A stretch of DNA of 41,849 nucleotides from Candidatus Kapaibacterium sp. (GTDB lineage Bacteria > Bacteroidota > Ignavibacteria > Kapaibacteriales > Kapaibacteriaceae). The notes under the pieces are model-generated. The model ran no database searches, was not told the DNA's origin, and worked only from the letters and a program-made list of their open reading frames with translations. The translations under genes and the position numbers were made by a program. Of the stretch, positions 37,531-41,849 are shown piece by piece (the first letter of the stretch is position 1; each line of letters opens with the position of its first letter). The stretch covers positions 1 through 41,849 of the forward strand of contig JAURNF010000138.1 of the NCBI GenBank assembly GCA_030830285.1. Direction: 5' to 3'.

Positions 37531-37560
37531 CACGTGTGTAACCTTTTTCACGTTTTCGTG
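37531..37560. promoter_or_regulatory. third CACGTG hexamer (37531-37536) plus split dyad CACG-TTTT-CGTG (37549-37560)
   Basis: Read directly from the sequence. With the 17-bp palindrome, this gives four CACG/CGTG dyads within 62 bp. Confidence 0.35.
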
Positions 37561-37568
37561 TTTTCGTT
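37545..37568 (+). repeat. three tandem T-tract octamers TTTTCACG / TTTTCGTG / TTTTCGTT
   Basis: Read directly from the sequence. The first two octamers overlap the split dyad. Confidence 0.5.
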
Positions 37569-37629
37569 ACTGTGGGGCAAAATCCGTAACAGGCTAACCC
37601 TCACTGTTTAATAGGCGTTCCGATATGTC

Positions 37630-37659
37630 TTGAACATGTCAGGATTTGTCTTATTTTAC
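37630..37659 (+). promoter_or_regulatory. candidate promoter for the third giant gene: TTG-N19-TATTTTAC (also readable as TTGAAC-N16-TATTTT)
   Basis: The geometry fits both a -33/-7 and a -35/-10 layout, but the -7 box is imperfect (TAttTTac versus TAnnTTTG). It would give an approx. 80-nt leader ending in AGGAG (37731-37735), 8 nt before ATG 37744. Confidence 0.3.
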
Positions 37660-37743
37660 GATGCTACCCGGTGTGCGTAATACACGCTGTGTTCCAACTT
37701 CTGAATATCCAACCCACTTTTCAACACGCCAGGAGAAAGTCCG

Positions 37744-40700
37744 ATGAGACTTGTTTCCACCACGATGAAATCGATGATCGCTGTCGTCATGATGACGATC
37801 CTCGGTATTGGGGTGATTTCGGCACAAGACGTGACCGAACGCCGTGGTACAATGGTCCTCACTGAAGGTCGCAAGTATATTGTTGCGTTCCCGCAGGTGA
37901 TTGCCAGCCCGACAGAGAAGCCGATGCCGCAGCCTATGCAGCTGCTCATCTCTTCGAAGTCAAAGACAACTGTCCGTGTTCAGACGCCAGCCGGTATTAA
38001 CGATGCTGCGCGTATGGACAAGGAATACACTGTTGAGGCCAACAAGGTTCTCAAGATTCCAGTGTCTACGGCATACATGAATACCGAGTCGGAAACCCGC
38101 AAGGGCTACGGCATCATGGTTACGTCGAAGAAGCCGATCTCGGTTTCGACGTACCAGGCGTGGATGGGTAATGGTGAAATGGCTCGTCACCTTCCAGTTG
38201 AGGGATGGGGCAAGAACTACTACTCAATGAACTTCTATCAGGATCGATACGGCAATAGCTCAGGCTACAAGTACCGTCCAGCACAGATCCTTCTGGTAGC
38301 AGACAAGGATAACACTGTTGTTTCGTACACACCGACAGTTGATACTGAGGGTGGAGTTGAAACACCAACTGTGCGCAAGGGTGCAACTCAGACGATTACA
38401 CTTGAAAAGGGTGAAACATTCCTGATCAAGGCGAAGATCATCGAAGACCAGAACAAGGAATGGTCAACAGACCTTACAAGCACATGGATCCGCGCAAGCA
38501 AGCCAATCGGTGTTGTTTCGGGTCACACAAAGGTTGCGATCATGCGCTACCCAGACGTGCTCCCTCCAACTGGTATGTTCGCAGCTGAAGCGCACTTCGT
38601 CCGTAGCAACGTACACGATGCGATGCTTCCGCTTGAAATGGCTGGCAAGAAGTTCGTGACAACTCCTTGTATGTACACACCGACACGCGTTGTTGGTCAA
38701 GCATCTGTCGAGTTCGGTATCGACGATGACCGCGGTGATGTCATCCGCGTTATTGCACTTGAGGATGGAACAACTGTCAAGGCGATGCGTCAAGACGGTA
38801 GCGGCCTCATGAACAAGTGGATCCTCAAGAAGGGTGAAACGCGTCTCGAGACAGCTCTTGAAGTTGCAACGTATTGGGAATCAGACAAGCCGATCCTCAT
38901 GGGTCAGTACGGCAAGTCGTACGCAAAGATTCTTCCACCAGCGTTCCTCCCTTCGGGCGGAAAGAGTGGTAAGAATGGTGAAGACGCACAAGGCCACCCA
39001 ACTGTTGAGTCGGGCATGCCAATGTTGCAGTACGTGCCTTCAGTAGATCGTTGGGCAGACTACGGTGTGTTCCACGCTCCAGAGGGCATGGACAACTTCT
39101 TCAACATCGTGTTCAAGTCGTCTGAAATCGGCAAGATCAAAGTTGACGGTCGTTCGCTGACATCTGCATTCGGTGGTGCAATGCGCCTCCTCAAGGGTAC
39201 AGAGTATGCGTTCATCCGCACACCTATCGGTGCTGGTGATCACTTCATTGAAACAACAGATCCTAACGTACGCTGGGCAGCTTGGAACTACGGTTCGCTT
39301 GATGGTCTCCAGCAGGGCCGTGCATACGGTACACCAATCTCGATCGACATGACCATCCCATGCGATGACTCGTTGTCGGTTAAGGAAGAGCTCGTTTGTG
39401 GTGATGTAAAGGCAGAAGGCAAGATCCTTCCAGAAAACACATCATGCGGCTCAATCTTTGCAGTCTACCCAGAAGAACTCAACAACTATGAGCTCATCGT
39501 TGACGAAGAGTTCACAAGTGGTGACAAGAAGGTAACCTTCGAAGTCAAGGTTCTTGATAAGACAAAGGATGCGACAGCAACGATCCGCGTTGTGTCACGT
39601 TCTGGCAAGTACATCGAGAAGACGTACACATACATCGCAGACAAGATCAGCTGGACTCCATCGAAGCTCGAATTCGGTACGATTCCATTCAATACGCCAA
39701 CGTCAATGACGTTCACGATCAAGAATGAGAAGACAGACCGTCCAGTCAACATCCGCAAGATCCGCGTGATGGGTGGCGATCAAGTCTTCCTCACAAATCC
39801 AACTGGTCCGATCACACTCGGCCCGTCGGAGTCACGTGAAATCACAGTAACAGCACAAATCAAGACAGCTCCACTTGTGGTTGACACAGTGATCTGTGAA
39901 CTTGACTGTTATGATCAAAAGACGGTAGAACTCCGTGTTCGCGGTGAAGAACCGAAGATCTATGTCAGCGACGTAGACTGGGGAACAGTACCAGCAAGCT
40001 CACCTGGCATCGAGCGCGTTGTTTCGATCCAGAACGGTAGCCGCGTTGTTCTGAACGTCACAGGCTTTGATGAAAAGCTTCTTGACGGCAGCAACAATGG
40101 CAAGTTCTTCAACCCAGTTACAATTGATGGCAAGCCACTCAAGTCTGTCTTCCCACTTGCAATCCCTGCAAATGGCACGTACGACTTCAAGGTGACATAC
40201 AGCCCTAAGGGTGAAGTTTCAGTTGCACACCGTGTAGACGTTCCGTTCTACTCGAACGCAACTGGTGTTGACAACATCGCAGTGCTTAAGGGCTCTGGTA
40301 ACGACGTGAATGTCCAAGCGTACACAACACCATGGATTGAGCGCGTTATCGACGTTATTCAGACATCGCAGAACATCAATGAGTACACACAGCGTGTATC
40401 GTTTGAGAACCTCGGTGATCAGCCTGTAACGTATGAAGCACCAGTTATTCGTGGCACAGATGCTGCGAACTTCCGCATCGTCGATAATGGCAATGTTGGA
40501 ACATTCCCAGTGCAGCTCGTAAAGGGTGCATCGAATCAGACACGTTATGTGACGGTGGCATTCGTTCCAACAGAACTTGCAAACCGTGCAGCAGAGCGTA
40601 CGTACAAGGCTGAAATCGTCTTCGCGACGACAGGCGCTGATGGTGCAAAGAAGGATGTCGTCGCTGCGCTTGATGGAACTGCATGGCAGCCACAAGTCAA

Positions 40701-41849
40701 GGGCGAAAACCTCGACTTCCCAGGCACAATGAATGTTGGTGACGCAGCGAAGGTTCTTTCGATTCCAATTTCGAACGAGCACTTCATGGGTCAGTCAAAC
40801 CCAACATCAGGTACACCTTCGGGTACATACAATGTTGTGATCACAGACATCAAGATCACAGACGCTGCTACGAAGTTTGAAATCCTCAATGCACCAACAC
40901 CTGCTAACCCATGGGTTATCAAGCCAGGTGAAGCACCAGTAGAACTTCAAGTTCGTTTTGACCCATCGGTCTCTGGCAACTTCGAGTCGCCATATGTGAT
41001 CAGCACAAACGTTGGTACAAAGGGTCAAGCACCGTACGAGCCAACGTACAAGATCACAGCACGCGTTCAAGGTGGTGAGTTCACTGTTACAGATGCAGAT
41101 GCAGAGCAGTATGTCTTCAACACCAAGGACATGTCTATTCGCATCAAGCACACAGAGAACCAGACAATCCGCTACAATATCGCTCAGCCAACAGGCGCAG
41201 ATGCTTCACGCTTTGTCATCGTTGATCAATACGTCGACGTTGCTCCAGGTAAAGAAGTTTCGGTCCCAGTTATCTTCATGCCTGACTTCGTAACGAAGCT
41301 CCGCAATGGTCAATCAGACCTCAAGGATGCGAACAACGAGTGGACAAAGAAGGCAAAGACTCAGGGCATCATGTGGCGCAATGGTCAGTTCGAGGCAGAA
41401 GTTGTGATCTCTGACGACCGCAACGCAGCTAAGACAAAGACTGCTAAGCTCACAGGTAATGGTCTCTTCCTCGAGACAACGAACCTCATCAAGGATAGCT
41501 ACTCGGTTGCACCGGGTGCATCGGTGAACATCCCTGTAGAACTCAATGCAACACCAGAGGCACTTGATGCCGTTGGTATGACTGAGCTTCGCGTTCGCTT
41601 GAGCTGGGATCCAAAGCTTGTTCGTCCACGTGTAAACCCTGCAGACTTCATCACAGCAGGATTCCAGGCAGAAGGTTGGACAATCCGTGCGACACCAGTC
41701 AACGGTAAGCCAACAGATGCATCGAACTCAGTTGAAATCGATCTCTGGGATGAGCGTGCGACACCAGTTGCACTCAAGAACAACGGCACACCAGTGTTCA
41801 GTGTGAAGTTCGACGCATTCCTTGATAAGGGTGTAGCTGGAACATTCAC
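37744..41849 (+). CDS. giant secreted surface protein (5' part, >1,368 codons, runs off the window): IgGFc-binding-N-like head + at least four Ig-like ASH/choice-of-anchor-D modules + start of a cohesin-like module
   Basis: Not in the ORF track. I read every in-frame codon from 37744 to 41849 and found no stop; the frame is closed upstream by TGA at 37702-37704. Signal peptide MRLVSTTMKSMIAVVMMTILGIGVISAQD. Head parallels the 30323 gene (EGRKYIVAFPQ..., PIGVVSGHTKVAIMRYP, HDAMLPLEMAG, MPMLQYVPSVDRW, WAAWNYG). Modules such as LEFGTIPFNTPTSMTFTIKNEKTDRPVNIRKI. The C-terminal visible part, APGASVNIPVELNATPEALDAVGMTELRVRLSWDPKLV...GWTI, is cohesin-like. Confidence 0.85.
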   Translation, partial: MRLVSTTMKSMIAVVMMTILGIGVISAQDVTERRGTMVLTEGRKYIVAFPQVIASPTEKPMPQPMQLLISSKSKTTVRVQTPAGINDAARMDKEYTVEANKVLKIPVSTAYMNTESETRKGYGIMVTSKKPISVSTYQAWMGNGEMARHLPVEGWGKNYYSMNFYQDRYGNSSGYKYRPAQILLVADKDNTVVSYTPTVDTEGGVETPTVRKGATQTITLEKGETFLIKAKIIEDQNKEWSTDLTSTWIRASKPIGVVSGHTKVAIMRYPDVLPPTGMFAAEAHFVRSNVHDAMLPLEMAGKKFVTTPCMYTPTRVVGQASVEFGIDDDRGDVIRVIALEDGTTVKAMRQDGSGLMNKWILKKGETRLETALEVATYWESDKPILMGQYGKSYAKILPPAFLPSGGKSGKNGEDAQGHPTVESGMPMLQYVPSVDRWADYGVFHAPEGMDNFFNIVFKSSEIGKIKVDGRSLTSAFGGAMRLLKGTEYAFIRTPIGAGDHFIETTDPNVRWAAWNYGSLDGLQQGRAYGTPISIDMTIPCDDSLSVKEELVCGDVKAEGKILPENTSCGSIFAVYPEELNNYELIVDEEFTSGDKKVTFEVKVLDKTKDATATIRVVSRSGKYIEKTYTYIADKISWTPSKLEFGTIPFNTPTSMTFTIKNEKTDRPVNIRKIRVMGGDQVFLTNPTGPITLGPSESREITVTAQIKTAPLVVDTVICELDCYDQKTVELRVRGEEPKIYVSDVDWGTVPASSPGIERVVSIQNGSRVVLNVTGFDEKLLDGSNNGKFFNPVTIDGKPLKSVFPLAIPANGTYDFKVTYSPKGEVSVAHRVDVPFYSNATGVDNIAVLKGSGNDVNVQAYTTPWIERVIDVIQTSQNINEYTQRVSFENLGDQPVTYEAPVIRGTDAANFRIVDNGNVGTFPVQLVKGASNQTRYVTVAFVPTELANRAAERTYKAEIVFATTGADGAKKDVVAALDGTAWQPQVKGENLDFPGTMNVGDAAKVLSIPISNEHFMGQSNPTSGTPSGTYNVVITDIKITDAATKFEILNAPTPANPWVIKPGEAPVELQVRFDPSVSGNFESPYVISTNVGTKGQAPYEPTYKITARVQGGEFTVTDADAEQYVFNTKDMSIRIKHTENQTIRYNIAQPTGADASRFVIVDQYVDVAPGKEVSVPVIFMPDFVTKLRNGQSDLKDANNEWTKKAKTQGIMWRNGQFEAEVVISDDRNAAKTKTAKLTGNGLFLETTNLIKDSYSVAPGASVNIPVELNATPEALDAVGMTELRVRLSWDPKLVRPRVNPADFITAGFQAEGWTIRATPVNGKPTDASNSVEIDLWDERATPVALKNNGTPVFSVKFDAFLDKGVAGTF

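Noticed and set aside
37636-37680. 14-codon mini-ORF (MSGFVLFYDATRCA) in the leader region of giant 3, considered as a possible leader peptide.
   Set aside because: No SD or conserved context. It overlaps the candidate promoter itself, so it would probably not be transcribed from it. Too short to evaluate.
40219-40782. 187-aa minus-strand ORF and its neighbours (38464-38793, 40807-41151) in the last 4 kb. These are the only ORFs the track offers for that region.
   Set aside because: They are Cys/Val/Asn-rich mirror images of the strongly codon-biased plus-strand giant ORF, which is open for all 1,368 codons and has a signal peptide, an SD and recognisable domains.
37744-41849. Horizontal transfer as the explanation for the deviant composition of giant 3.
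   Set aside because: The deviation takes the form of a coherent preference for one codon per amino acid (AAG, TTC, TAC, AAC, GGT, ACA, CCA). It is not a general AT shift, and no mobility genes flank the gene. Expression-linked bias is the simpler reading, but it needs genome-wide codon statistics.
1-41849. Looked for CRISPR arrays, rRNA, transposases/integrases, toxin-antitoxin pairs and known defence-system hallmarks.
   Set aside because: No regularly spaced direct repeats, no rRNA-like stretches and no recognisable nuclease, methylase or recombinase motifs in any tracked or hand-read ORF. Coding density leaves only about 1 kb unassigned.

Overview
High-density chromosomal segment: about 37 protein genes, one tRNA, and only about 1 kb of non-coding DNA. 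The source is probably an FCB-superphylum bacterium (Bacteroidota / Ignavibacteriota / Chlorobiota-like). That inference rests on T9SS C-terminal sorting domains, SBBP beta-propeller repeats, and TAnnTTTG boxes placed correctly upstream of six transcription units. Most of the window is housekeeping: mutL, fbaB, argS, rsfS, dapF, recN, hflX, rsmA, a cystathionine beta-synthase-like gene, an ABC exporter, an ECF sigma factor and tRNA-Ser(GGA). Three giant secreted surface-protein genes are interspersed among these at 10446-15188 (-), 30323-34303 (+) and 37744->41849 (+). They share an adhesin-like head, arrays of Ig-like (ASH / choice-of-anchor-D type) modules and a cohesin-like module; the two complete ones also carry a Cys pair and a T9SS sorting domain. 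The third giant gene is missing from the supplied ORF track because it has no stop codon inside the window. It is open for 1,368 codons, has extreme codon bias (about 86 AAG versus 3 AAA Lys codons by hand count), and follows a 238-bp leader region with a dense CACGTG palindrome cluster. It is the strongest candidate for something new, possibly a very highly expressed, S-layer-like or major surface protein. Other notable items: an OstA-like / giant cargo / beta-barrel three-gene operon with an apparently leaderless first gene; a Tat-signal LD-carboxypeptidase overlapping the vWA giant gene by ATGA; a DUF4505(UPF0598)-hotdog thioesterase fusion; a divergent crtC-like / cruC-like carotenoid glycoside module; and an untracked 54-codon membrane ORF between hflX and recN. 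I saw no CRISPR array, transposase, integrase or rRNA. All family assignments come from motif recognition by eye, not from database searches.
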